From Heteronotia binoei (taxonomy: Eukaryota): a DNA stretch of 64,000 nt. The notes beneath the pieces are model-generated. The model was not told where the DNA came from. It worked only from the letters and a program-made list of their open reading frames with translations, and searched no databases. Made by a program: the position numbers and the translations under genes. Every line of letters starts with the position of its first letter. Position 1 is the stretch's first letter. Location: contig NC_083235.1 in the NCBI RefSeq assembly GCF_032191835.1, forward strand, positions 62,620,001 through 62,684,000, read 5' to 3'. This document shows positions 1 through 12,811 of this stretch, one piece after another.

Positions 1-840
1 CAGATCACAAAGGTGGTTAAGCTGGCATTTTGCCACCTTCAACAGGTTAAATACATGTTGTCTTCTGACCTAGCCATGGTGATCCATGCAGTGGTCACCT
101 CCAGACAAGATTACTGTAACTCGCTCTACATAGGGCTTCCCTTGAGAACGATCCAGAAAATGCAGCTGGTCCAGAATGCAGCTGCGAGAGTGTTGACAGT
201 AACATTCTTTAGAGTGCGTATCCAACCAGTGTTCTGTCAGCTGCAGTGGCTCTAGATTGAGGACCGGATCAAGTTCAAGGTTTTGGCGCTGACCTTCAAA
301 GCCCTTAAGTGTCAGGGACGAGCACGCCTTCAGGACCACATATCCTGGTACGTCCCCCGTAGAGTGTTACGCTCAAGTGACCAAAATCTGCTGGTGGTCC
401 CCAGCCCAAAGAGCGTCCTTCTTAGCCCTGGCTGCAGCATGGTGAAACACTCTTCCAGGAGAGATGAGGCCCCTGTGGGATCTGGTACAATTTGGCAGAA
501 CCTGCAAAACAGAGTTGTTCTGCTGGGCCTATGATTGAGGGCAGTACCAGGCCCCTGGCCAATAGGCTATGGCTAGTTTTTGGCCTCCATCATCCTTCCC
601 TTTCCCTCTTGTTTCCCCCCTTCTTACCTTCTCAGATATTTGCTTACCGCCCCCTGTGCAAGTTTTTAATGCCATCTTGACTTTTTATAAAAATTGTTTT
701 ATTGGTTTGATTGTATTTATTGATTAGTTGTATGTTCTCTTTCAGTATTTTAAATTGTGTATGTAAATTGTGTATTTATAAGCGTCACCCATCCCAGGCT
801 CAGGGAGAGTGGGATACAAATTTAATAAATAATAATATTT
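1..840 (+). mobile_element. L2-clade LINE 3' fragment (5' partial)
   Basis: ORF2 C-terminal motifs VTSRQDYCNSL, QLVQNAAARVLT, LQWL.I..RIKFK; AT-rich tail ending aataaataataat. Confidence 0.85.
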
Positions 841-1113
841 TGACAGGAAGTGAATGTGTAGATGCAAAAGTGGAGCTGTCTGTGAACAACAGATGGAGAC
901 TTTGTAGCACAAAAGCACCAAGGAACAGTTCCTAAATACCTTTAGTGAGTCATATGTCTCTCGAGATGGTTGCAGAATCCTAATACAGAGTTGTAGCATC
1001 GCAAGCATATTTTCTGTAACTTGTCAAAATCTGTGAAAATATTTATAACGTTAGAGTCCGTGAAACCCTGAAGAAAAGTGTTCTTTCCCTATAGCTTGTG
1101 GTTTGGCACCTAG

Positions 1114-1425
<312 letters not shown>

Positions 1426-1660
1426 TAACCCATTAAAAAATCTCCCCTTTTCTTTCCCCTGTGCTCTTCGAAATATACCGACTGTTAACCCCTTCCTAGC
1501 CTTTGGTAATTGCTGGCTTGGGCTGCCCCCCCCCCCCCGAAGCCTTCCTGTTCACAGCTATACATGTTACAGGAACACAGAATGACCACTAACTGGTAAC
1601 CTTTGTTCTTACCGTAAGTCCTCTTGCAGTATTGTAGTATTTCTGCTTGTTTCCTTGCAG

Positions 1661-1738
1661 GTCAGTGTTTACCTTCAGAATTGGTCCCATGTCCTGAGCT
1701 ATGTGAGCAAGGCAGAGTCTACGCCAGAAATTGCAGAG
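1661..1738 (+). CDS. GPS1: CSN1 exon ([26 protein letters not shown])
   Basis: ttgcag| ... |gtagtt; 78 bp, phase 0-0; continues CSN1. Confidence 0.97.
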
Positions 1739-2237
1739 GTAGTTTGCTTTTTTCAACATGAATATAACCAGAAATCCCATTTGACACTTCAGGCCCATGC
1801 TGTTATTTCATATGATACCCTAGCTTATTATGCTGAGGCTCTCACAGTCTCCTTGGTCTCTGCGGTCTAGCTCTGGATAAGTCTGTTTAGGTTGCCTTAA
1901 ATAGCTCTGTTCTTCCTTGGATTGCGAGGAAGAGAGTATCAAGATAAATTAGTGATTGAATTTTGAGGTAGTGATCAGGTTCAGGAATATCCCTTGTGAA
2001 GTAGGACAGAGTCCCAATTTTCTTTTTGTCATGCTTGGCAATGTGTTCCGTATGTGTTCTCTATGTGAGCCCTGGGTGTATCCAGCTGCCTTTCCAGATA
2101 CACTGCTTGGACTTTGCTGAAGGTCAAGGTGGTTGCAAAACAAAAGAGCCTCTTCAGTCAGGTTTAATGGAAATAATCAACTAAAATCCTTTTGCTTATT
2201 TGATGATTCTCTACCACTTCCTCTCTTTCCCCAAAAG

Positions 2238-2298
2238 CAACGAGGAGAACGTGACAGCCAGACACAGGCAATCCTCACAAAATTGAAGTGTGCTGCAG
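2238..2298 (+). CDS. GPS1: CSN1 exon (QRGERDSQTQAILTKLKCAA-G)
   Basis: ccaaaag| ... |gtgagt; 61 bp. Confidence 0.97.
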
Positions 2299-2657
2299 GT
2301 GAGTGAGATGTGTATTTTTGGATAGGGTGTTTGCCCTCCCCTGCAGTGTTGACTTGTTTCCCCCCCCTGCTGAAGATGAGAAGAGCATTTGACTGATTTG
2401 TGGGTGCCTGGCTTTGATTTCCTTGAAGTCTGTATTAGGCAGACTTGCTGTGTACACGTGTGCTACTTGCAGGGACAATAACACTCATTTCCTGCCCAAA
2501 CAATTTCCTATAGAAAGAGATCCAAGAACAGCCTTTTGTATTTTAATTTCTTCTTCTGTAGAACTGAAAATATGTAATGGAAGGGGCTGCATAGTATAAT
2601 GCAACTCATGTCCCTTAGTCCTCATGAACAAAAGATTTAACTTGGTTTGCTTTCTAG

Positions 2658-2743
2658 GCTTGGCTGAGCTAGCTGCTCGGAAATACAAGCAGGCAGCAAA
2701 GTGCTTCCTCTTAGCTTCGTTTGATCACTGTGACTTCCCTGAG
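2658..2743 (+). CDS. GPS1: CSN1 exon ([28 protein letters not shown])
   Basis: tttctag| ... |gtaagg; 86 bp; phase fits the previous exon. Confidence 0.97.
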
Positions 2744-2973
2744 GTAAGGACTAGGAGGAATTGTGAACAGGGGTTTGTTTGAAGGGAGATTCTAGTTGTG
2801 GCCTATTTCAAGTTGAGTGTGACGTAAAACAAATATATTCTCTCGTGAGGACTAGAACTTCCTCAGGTTTAGAATCTCAAAGTAAGGGGGTCAAGCTGTC
2901 TAGTTATGCCTTGCTTACAGCTGAAGCTCTTTATCAAAATATTATTCCTCAGAATTCTTCTCCCTTTCTCTAG

Positions 2974-3069
<96 letters not shown>

Positions 3070-3329
3070 TGAGTGGTTCACCCACAAACCAGTTGAAGCA
3101 GAGTCCTTTGAAGTTTGAGCTGCTCTTAACCTTTTGCAGGCATTGGGCTCCCTGGAAGTCACAGATTGAAATGAGACCAAAATTTAGTGATAGAGTCATC
3201 AGCGAGTTGCTACATGTGGACCTTAATTTTCCTGACAGCTACGGGCCAACCCAGTGATATTGCCTGAAGATGAACAAAAATAGTATGATAATATCTTTTA
3301 AAATTAAAATAAGGGGAAATAGGGTCATT

Positions 3330-4190
3330 GTATTTTATTTATTTATTGAATTGAATTGAATTTTGGACCGCCCTTTCTGAAACCGGGCTCAGGACGGTTC
3401 ACAACAACTATAATGACAATTTCAACAGAGTAAAATTAAATAGTAAAAATATTACAGTTCTCTAAAAAAAAGTGAGCTGGCGTCAAATCAGAGTGATGCC
3501 ACCATCTGGCAGAAGTGGGGACAGCAGAGGTGGAAGTGGGAGTGCGAAGATGAAACCGTCACAGCCCTCAACTGAATACCTGGCGGAACATCTCTGCCTT
3601 ACAGGCTCTGCGGAACAGTAATAAGTACTGCAGGGCCCGGATGGCATTTGGCAGAGAGGCTGGGGGCAGGGCAGAGAAAGCTCTGTTCCTAGTCAAGGAC
3701 AACTGAATGCCCCTCAGGCCAGGGACCACCAGCAGATTTTGATTACCAGAGCACAAGGCTCTTTTTGAGATAAACTAGGAGAGGAGGTCCTGAAGGTGTA
3801 TGGTCCCTGGCCATTAAGGGTCTTAAAGGTCAATACCAGGACCGTGAACCTGGTCCAGTACTCCACTGGAAGGCAGTGTAGCTCCCTTAGCACAGGGCAG
3901 ATGTGAGCAATGTGTGGGGTCCCTGTAAAGACCCAGGCTGCCACATTCTGCACCAGCTGGAGTTTCTAGATCAGCCTCAAGGGCAGGCCAGTGTGGAGCG
4001 AATTGCAGTCTAGAGGTGACTGTTGCATGGTTTACAGTGGCAAGATCAGATAGATAGAAGGCCAGTTGCCTGACTTGGCAGAGTTGATAAAATCCCAACC
4101 TGGCAATATTGGAAATCTGGGCCTCCATTGTCAGAGAGGCATCCAGGATCATCCAGGATCACCCAGACTCCAGGCGGAAAGTACCAGTTT
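3330..4190 (-). mobile_element. L2-clade LINE 3' fragment
   Basis: Frameshifted ATVTSRL / QNVAAWVFTG / ELHCLPVEYW / RAFSAL motifs; (TTTA)/(TTGAA) tail at 3330-3360. Confidence 0.85.
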
Positions 4191-4218
4191 CAGTGGCCCA
4201 CCATCCAGAGCTGTTTTG

Positions 4219-4720
4219 TGTAAGTAAGTGAGTAAAATTTTATTTGTATCCCGCCCTCCCCCGCTGAAGCAGGCTCAGGGCGGCTAACAGTATCCATAAA
4301 TAAACAATACAATAAATAAAACATTAAAATTAACATTTTAAAAACAATCAATACTTAGTTAAACATTACTAAATTACTAAATCTGACAGTAACGTTATTG
4401 TTTGATGCTATCCCTGTCAGTTGAGATAATAATAGCAAGATCCCTAAGCTGGACCATTTTGGCGTTTTCCTTTGTTACACATTTATATGTCAGCAGTTCC
4501 CAGACGCCCGTTTGAAGAGGGTGGTGTTACAGGCCCTGTGGAACTGATCAAGGCTCCGCAGGGCCCGTACCTCCTCTGGGAGCTGATTCCAAAGGTATGG
4601 GGCCGCGGTAGAAAAGGCCCGTGCTCGGGTATTCTGAAGTTTAACTTCTTTTGGCCCAGGGATAGTCAATCTGTTTTTCCCTACTGACCTCAGTGCTCTC
4701 TGGGGCTCGTACGTGTCTGT
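4219..4720 (-). mobile_element. Young L2-clade LINE 3' end
   Basis: YEPQRALRS...RARAFSTAAPYLWNQLPEEVRAL; tail tatcccgccctccc...gctcagggcggct followed by (GTAA)n; same family as 12294-12811. Confidence 0.85.
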
Positions 4721-5190
4721 TCCCTTTCTCTCTTGTCCCTTGTGTGTCACCTTCAAAAATGCCCTTTAGCTGTTTTCATTGTGACTGTAGCTTGTTCAGC
4801 AGCTGTGGAAGGGCAAGTGTGATACTGAGCATACAGGCAGGAAGGGAGAGATTAAAGCAGTTCCTCCCCTGTCCTGTACTCCTGATTTTAACCTGATCAA
4901 GGGCGGGGAATCCATGGTGGAGAGGGGCTGCTTTGCACGCAGAAGGCCCCAGATTCAGTGCCAGCCCACCTGCTACTTAAAGGCTCCTGAGTAGCAAATG
5001 TTCAAAAAGTCCCTTCTTGCAACATACTGAGCTAAAAGCCTTCCCTCAACAAGGAGCACATAGCTAGGATTCAGCCGGGTCTACTGGCTCTTGTGTCCAT
5101 TCCCCATGGAGAGTGCCCATCTTCTTGCAACTCTCAGAGTAGGGGATAGTCTAGAGACTAGAAGAGGGTATGTAGGACAGGTGATTCTAG

Positions 5191-5391
<201 letters not shown>

Positions 5392-6518
5392 TAGTTTAAC
5401 CCTGCCATGCAAACGTAACATTTGTCAAAGGGACAGAAATGTATGGCTGAATGAGGAGGGCGTTCATGTATTTTGAAATCGCGGTGATTTTTGGTAGATG
5501 GCGGTAGCTCGTGGAAAGCTGCTGCATACATAAAGAGGCAAAAAACACTGTTGTGTGTTAAATGTTTAAAGGCACTGAGTGCCACAAGGATGGGAGTTGG
5601 ACAGTTTTGTGCTGTTTTCTACTGGAAGGAAAGGGGACTCTGTTTGTATACGTGGCTTTCCTTGCGGGTTAAAATTGTATTTTCAGTCCTGTGAATGGGT
5701 TTCTCCTCTGCCTGTTTGCCTTCATCAAAAATTCCCTTTAGCCATTTCAGAAATTATGAGAATTTGAGGGAGGGAGAAACAGCCCCTCCCCCTTAATACT
5801 AGCATGCCTTAGCTCCCCATATTACTAAGTGCTCTACATGTTCTAAGCAAGCCTGAGCAGATGGTTTGGAAGGTTTAGCTGCTTCAAAATGTAGCACCAC
5901 AGTTGCTTGGTGGCACAGAAATCCACGTTATGCTGATTTTAAAAGATCTTCATTGGCTAACAGTTTGCTTCAAAGCGCTGGTGAAAGCCCAACGTGGTCT
6001 TAGACCAGTACACCCCAAATTCCATCTGTCAGTTAAGATCTTCTTCATCAGCCTTGCTCTATGTAACCCCACTGGCAGGAGCAAGGAAGGTTTCTCTTTT
6101 GTGGTGCCAAGACTATGAAACTTCCTCCCCACAAAGACTTGCCCAGTGTTTTTTTTATTATTATTACTCTATAGAGTTTTAGCAGGTTGCACTTGTGCCC
6201 TAGTCCGAACGGATTGCTTGCAGTTTGGTTGGTCTGGTGTTCCGTCTGTGTGAGGGTTTTGTTTTTACCTGCTGTCTGCTAGATTTTTTTTAATGGCTGC
6301 TGTTTCATAATTGAAGACATTTTTATGCTTTGGTCTCTTAATTGGTTTACTGTTTTAGACTGCTGGTTTGTTGCTATACGCATTTGCAGGCATATGAAAA
6401 ATTACATGTATTCTGTACAATTACATGGATTACACTCTCGTTCACTATAACATGTACGGGACTACTGTGTCACAAGGTATTGCTGGTGGGTTTGGGAGAG
6501 CATTCTGGGCGAGAGGGG

Positions 6519-6735
6519 AGGGGTATGGCTCAGTTGGTAGAGCATCTTCTTGGCATGTGGGAAGGTCCAGGGGTCAACCCCTGGCATCTCCAGTTAAAAG
6601 GACCAGGCAGTAGGTGATGTGGAAGACTTCAGCCTGAGACCCTGCTGAGACCAGTGCTGGGTCACTGTTAGTCTGAGTAGACAGTACTTGATGGACCAAC
6701 AGTCTGAGGCAGTATAAGGCAGCTTCATGTGTTCA
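6519..6735 (+). mobile_element. tRNA-headed SINE, Squam3/Ther1-like
   Basis: A-box tggctcagttggtagagc, B-box-like ggtcaacccctgg; tail ggcagcttcatgtgttca; related copy at 50927-51143. Confidence 0.75.
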
Positions 6736-6782
6736 AGTCTTCTGAAGTAGCATTTTTTCAGTACTGTTCTCATTTCATTCAG

Positions 6783-6863
6783 GATAACCTGCTACTGGAT
6801 ATGTACCTGGCACCTCACGTGAGAACACTTTACACACAGATCCGAAACCGGGCCCTCATCCAG
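6783..6863 (+). CDS. GPS1: CSN1 exon, PCI domain ([27 protein letters not shown])
   Basis: ttcag| ... |gtaact; 81 bp. Confidence 0.97.
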
Positions 6864-6967
6864 GTAACTTCTCAATAAGTTCAAGAGAAGGCATTCTCTG
6901 GACTTTCACTGAGTGCAGTGCAAAGAATAACTGATGGATGCTTCTTCCCCCCCCCCTACTTTCCTAG

Positions 6968-7105
6968 TATTTCAGCCCCTATGTGTCAGCAGACATGCAC
7001 AAGATGGCAACTGCATTCAACACCACAGTGGCAGCTCTGGAAGATGAACTCACTCAGCTGATCCTGGAAGGACTGATTAACGCCAGAATAGACTCTCACA
7101 GCAAG
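6968..7105 (+). CDS. GPS1: CSN1 exon, PCI domain ([46 protein letters not shown])
   Basis: ttcctag| ... |gtgagt; 138 bp. Confidence 0.97.
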
Positions 7106-7559
7106 GTGAGTGCCTGTATCTCCTGCTGAAAATTTATGGCTCGAGGGCTGACTGCTTGACCTGCCTTTTCTCCATGATGCTGTATGCTGCATTGAATATA
7201 CACTGTGCTATATAAAAATAAAGGCTGCATCAGATGCCCAAGAAGCCTTGAGACTTAGATCTGCTGGAGCATTTCCACGGAGTGAAGGATTTCGGCTTTT
7301 GGAGGTTAATTGTATCACCTTCTCCCTTTTGCTGCTGTCCAAAACATTCCTTCAAAGTCATGCAGAGACACTTTGGTGAATTCATCCCAGACGTTTGAAA
7401 ATCCAGTTATTGCACAGAAATATACATGGGAACTGGTCAGGAGTTTGGAAGTATGGCTCAGTTCTTTGCTCTGCATGGACAAGCATGTGTTTTTGGTGAC
7501 AAAGACTGTTTTACCATCTACACCAGGCCCACCAGCTGTCTGCCTTGGGAGGACCTTGC

Positions 7560-7830
7560 CATTGTAATTCACTCAACAGTCACCTTGAGATTGGTTTACA
7601 GTAATGTGCTTCGTGCAGGTCTGCCCTTGAAGATGCTTCAGAAGTTGCAAGTGGTCCAGAATGCAGCTGCCAGTTGGCTGACAAAGTGTCCTGGTCAGCA
7701 CATATAACACCTATCCTATGGCAGCTGCAATGGCTCCCAATTAGTTTCTGGTGCCAATTCAAAGTGTTGGCACTTACCTTTAAAGCCCTAAATGGCCTGG
7801 GGCCCTCAGACCTTTGGGACTGGGACTTAA
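7560..7830 (+). mobile_element. Degenerate L2 fragment
   Basis: LQKLQVVQNAAASWLT motif. Confidence 0.7.
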
Positions 7831-7930
7831 CTCTTCCAGCATAATCTTCTCCAGTTGTCTTCTCAATTTATTGACAGTCCCTTGTCTATAAACTGCCTGT
7901 CTTGTGTCTACATGTTAAGGGCCTTCTTAA

Positions 7931-8181
7931 GAGCCAGTTTGGTGCAGTGGTTAAATGTGCAGACTCTTATCTGGGAGAACCAGGTTTGATTCCCCACTCT
8001 TCCACTTGCAGCAGCTGGAATGGCCTTAGGTCAGCCATAGCTCTCATAGGAGTTATCCTTGAAAGGGCAGTTCTCTCAGCCCCATCTGCCTCACTGGGTG
8101 TCTCATGTAAGGGGGAGGTAAAGGAGATTGTGACCACTCAGATTCAGAGTATAGGGCAGGATATAAATCCAATATCATCAT
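7931..8181 (+). mobile_element. tRNA-headed SINE (family A), diverged copy
   Basis: gagccagtttggtgcagtggttaa head; ggatataaatccaatatcatc tail. Confidence 0.8.
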
Positions 8182-8938
8182 CTCCTCCTCCCCCTCCTCT
8201 TCCCCCTCCATCCTGTGGGATCAACTGCACAAAGAGATGCATGCCTTGTAGGACCTCCCTAGGTTCCACAGGGCTTGCAAGACTGCTCTTTTTCAGGTGG
8301 CCTTTGGGTGATTGTGATACACTAGGCAGCTGGCACACTTCAGCTGTGTCTTCTCCATCCGGGCATCCTACCCTACTTGATAGTGGAGAGATTTTAATGG
8401 GGATAGATTTTTAGCTATTTTATATTTCAAAGATAATTTATTCTTTTTTTATTTTTATTGGTGTAATTTTAATGCTGCCACCCTGAGTCCCATTTGGGAG
8501 AGGAAGCAGTATATAAATTTGATAAATAAAAAATAAATAAATTTTGATAGGAATCGGTGTAGTGCAAGAGAGGCTAGTGAGTGTGGCATTTTTAAGCAAC
8601 GGGAAAGTAAAGGAAATTATGCAGGAAGCATAAGCTGTACTGGTTACTGAAGTAGCATTTTTCAGTGCTGCTGAAGTATTTTTGGTTTCTGAACTTTCAG
8701 CTGCCACTAGCCCTACTATTCCATTCCCTACTATTCCACTGGAAACATGTTTTCTCTTGTCCAAAGGGCCTCCACAGTGGTTCTTTCTTCCCTTTGTGAC
8801 CTGTCTTCTAGCAAGCTCTTGGTACGTGAGCATCAGCTGATATGTGGCTGCTTTTCCAAATGACACTAAGAGTGCATTGAGAAGGTCAGCCTCTGGAGGT
8901 CTCCAGCAACTCTTTATTTTAATTTTTTTTTGGGGTAG

Positions 8939-9100
<162 letters not shown>

Positions 9101-9243
9101 TGAGAACATGAGCTAGCTGCTTTTTAGATAAGCTGATAAAGAATTATTGCTAAGGGAAGTTGGCTTGTAGTGAATGTAAATAAGAGCATTATGGGCAAGT
9201 CAGTAGATGCCATGAGACTAAGCCACCCCCTACCCCTCCATGA

Positions 9244-9525
9244 GAGCCAGTTTGGTGTAGTGGTTAAGTGTGCGGACTCTTATCTGGGAGAACCGGGTTT
9301 GATTCCCCACTCCTCCACTTGCACCTGCTAGCGTGGCCTTGGGTCAGCCATAGCTCTGGCAGAGGTTGTCCTTGAAAGGGCAGCTGCAGTGAGAGCCCTC
9401 TCCAGCCCCACCCACCTCACAGGGTGGCTGTTGTGGGGGAGGAAGGTAAAGGAGATTGTGAGCCGCTCTGAGACTCTTCGGAGTGGAGGGCGGGATATAA
9501 ATCCAATATCTTCTTCTTCTTCTTC
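9244..9525 (+). mobile_element. tRNA-headed SINE (family A), full-length, (TTC)n tail
   Basis: A-box tggtgtagtggtta, B-box-like ggtttgattccc; near-identical to the copies at 15463 and 31941. Confidence 0.88.
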
Positions 9526-9651
9526 ATGTTGTGAATTGCATTACCTAATAGATAATTAAACAAGGTTAGGTTACTGCTTCTTTAAAAAAATAAATAAATC
9601 CATAGTCACTTCCATACAGCTTTATTTCAAACCACTTTGAGGGAGTCTTTT

Positions 9652-9900
9652 TGGAGAGCCGATGTGGTACAGTGCTTCAGAAGTTGAAATGTGACCGAGG
9701 AGACCTGGGTTCAAATCTGCACTCAGGCATACAGCTTACTGAGTGGTCCTGGGCCAGCAACTCAGCCTCCCCTACTTCAGAGGATGGTTGTAAAGACAAT
9801 CTTGAAGACGGAGAGCCATGTACGCATTCCTGAGCCCCCTGGTGTACTGATAGTGTGATGTATGATAGTTTAAAAGGCAGCGTTACTAATATTGTAAACA
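9652..9900 (+). mobile_element. Old MIR-like tRNA-derived SINE
   Basis: gtggtacagtg...ctgggttcaaatct head with MIR-like core; similar relics near 20690 and 54390. Confidence 0.5.
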
Positions 9901-10202
9901 ACTGAATATCACATAAATAAAACAGTAGCCCCACAACAGCTGCAAGACAAGAGCTGGCAGTCTGCTAAAGAAGGAGTTACCTGTGCCTCTTTTGGACTGA
10001 AAGATATTTTGGGTTACAGTAGTTTACCGATTCCTTGAGTGATGTGTCAGCAGTGTTTTTCAGAGGATAAAATGAAGTCAAAATTCTTCTGATCTCTAAT
10101 TCCTGCAGCTCATTGCTAGGAAATGTTAATCTCATCTCTGATTACTTTGGTGGGGTTGGGTAAACGTGGTTGCCCATCTGCTCCTCTAGCCTGGCTCTCT
10201 AG

Positions 10203-10382
<180 letters not shown>

Positions 10383-11288
10383 AGCTCTAGGAATCATCAA
10401 AAGACTCTCCCCTCCCCCACTGCACCTGGGAACATGCGCATCCAGCATCCGAGCCACCAATGATCCCCGGGTGCCTTTTCTGTCTCTCTGGGTATGGGAG
10501 GGCAGGACTGGGGCAAGGGGCATGTCTTAGGAGTCCGGTAATTCCTTTTAGAATTGAAACTTCCATTAGATGCCGCACTGCAAGAGTACATGAGCATGTG
10601 AATGTGCATCTCGTCCTTCCCCAGGGTATTTCACAAACAGAGGCTTATCTTGGGTTCTTGCACTTGCTAACATCTCTGTAGTTTCCATTCAGTAAACCAC
10701 AGTGAGAATATGGAAGGTGTGTTCCTGAAGAACTTATTCACACCACGGTTGTCTCCTACCCTTATTCCAGCCCAAATAGAGTGCCTCTCAGGTAGCACCC
10801 ACAGGAAATCTGATATCCTTTCCATCCAAGGCTTGTGTTTGCATTTACCCTGGGTCAGCTCCATTTCAGTCTGTTCTTCCCTTGGAAAAAAAGGAAAGCC
10901 TATGTTCTGGCTTGTTCTTGCATCCCTAGCCCTGTTCTGGCTATAGTTTTAATGTTTCTTTATTCAGATTTACTGCTGTAGTGTGTGGTGGCTTTCTAGC
11001 CTCTCTGGACAACATGACAGGGGTAAATGGCACAAAAGTACTCCACCTTTATCCATGCAAGATCCTCCACCTGTTTGCACTCCCAGTACAACTTCTTGTT
11101 TACAGAAGAGGGTTGTGGTTACAGGTCAGACATGGATTGTGTTATGTTAATGAAAGTAGTTAAAATGTTGAATATTCTGCAGTTTATTCATTAGTCCCAG
11201 GGACAAAAGTTACAGATTTGGATCTGTCCCTTGACAAACAGAACACTGTCAGTGATGTTTAGTTTACAAACAAAGTTCTCTTTTGTGC

Positions 11289-11294
11289 ATTAAA
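11289..11294 (+). promoter_or_regulatory. Candidate GPS1 polyadenylation signal (ATTAAA)
   Basis: Variant hexamer about 0.9 kb after the stop at the end of unique UTR-like sequence; position only, no transcript data. Confidence 0.35.
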
Positions 11295-12293
11295 AAGCAT
11301 AATTGCAAAAATAACTGCAGCAATGAATAGCTCTGTTGGCTTCCTCTCTCCCCCCCCAACCCCCCCCCCCAAACAGGCAACAAAATTCTAGCACAGGAAA
11401 CTGAGGGAACCAACTGCTGTATGAAATGCCCAATTTCAGAAATGGTTATAAAAGAAGGAATGGTTGCATTGCAGCCCTTTCAAATGGCCATGGCCTTATT
11501 GGGTTGGAGCCAGAAGCAGATACTTCAGTCCTTTCGGGCAGTCTTTGAGCAGCAGACAGCATAAAGGACTGGCATACTGGTAAAAAGTGTCACTTTTCTA
11601 AAAATAATAATAAGAGAACCAAAGCCACAGAACTGCTTCACTCAGGTTTTTGAGATGTTAGTACTGTTGGATACAAGAGGGGAAAGGAAGCATTGGGCCT
11701 TCCTCCCCTGCCCCCCCCCCCCAATAAATAATCCCTTGGGTTGTTCGTTTGCTTAAATGAAAACTGAGTTTATCAGAATCCAAGTGCTCCTTAACACAGA
11801 GAGCCCTGAATGAAGGCTGTCCAAGGTTCAGAGAAATAGGCTGCCTCAATCAAATAGCTGTAAACCAAACCAACCTTGCTGTTCACTGAAGTTCTGAACT
11901 CGAAAGCCCTGTTGCGTTTGGCAGAGCGCTGCCTTATTAGTAACTTATTCTCCGGAATCCACATGAAGGCAAGGAGACAAAAATACTTGCATCTTTGTGG
12001 AGTCACTTGCTTCCCTCTCTTTATCATATGAGCTTGGAGCAGATATTTTCTGATTTGCGTGCGAGAAGGAGCATGATCGTGCTCGGTATATAAACTTGTG
12101 GAGTACCACAGATCTAGAGTGGGGAGTGTTTGAGTGACCCATGATGCGTTTGTGCGGCTTACCTTGCAATCCTCCCTCTAAGCCGGTGGACTTCAGTGGA
12201 TTTAGAAAGGCATAGCTGCTTAGGAGTGCACTGCGAGTGCATCATCCCTTCAACTGCTTAGGCTCATGAGGGAACAGCACATGTGGAGAGTGA

Positions 12294-12811
12294 AAGTAGG
12301 TAGGTAGGTAGTTTTATTTATATCCCGCCCTCCCCGCCGAAGCAGGCTCAGGGCGGCTGACAACATCATTCAATTATACAAAAACAACAAAACAACAAAG
12401 TTACATTTAACGTTAAAATTCTAATAAGTTTAAAATTGATTAATTAATTAGTAATAAAAGTGCTAGTGCTGTTTGTTCTTTATATGATGGCGGTAATCCT
12501 TAGCAATCACTTCCTTCATCAGCAATCACTTCCTTCATCAGCGAAAGCCAGTCGAAAGAGGAAAGTTTTGCAGGCCCTGCGGAATTGTTCAAGGTTCCGC
12601 AGGGCCCGCATTTCCTCTGGAAGTTGGTTCCATAGGTTCGGGGCTACAGAGGAGAAGGCCCGATTACGGGTGCATTGCAGCTTCACCTCTCTTGGTCCGG
12701 GGGTGGTCAGCAAGTTTTTTCCAGCTGACCTCAGTGCTCTCTGGGGTTCGTATGGGGAAAGACGGTCCCTAAGGTAGACAGGTCCTCGACCATATAGGGC
12801 TTTAAGTACCA
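12294..12811 (-). mobile_element. Young L2-clade LINE 3' end, 5'-truncated
   Basis: Intact C-terminal frame LKALYGRGPVYLRDRLSPYEPQRALRS...RACKTFLFRLAF; (GTAG)n tail. Confidence 0.88.

Noticed and set aside
6519-6600. tRNA-like sequences here and at 9244, 15463, 31941, 50927 and 60305
   Set aside because: A/B boxes continue into SINE bodies with no complete cloverleaf; these are SINE heads, not tRNA genes
11377-11548. Possible extra exon after a C-rich tract (GNKILAQETEG...SGSL*)
   Set aside because: No recognisable homology, it lies after the GPS1 stop, and the frame is short
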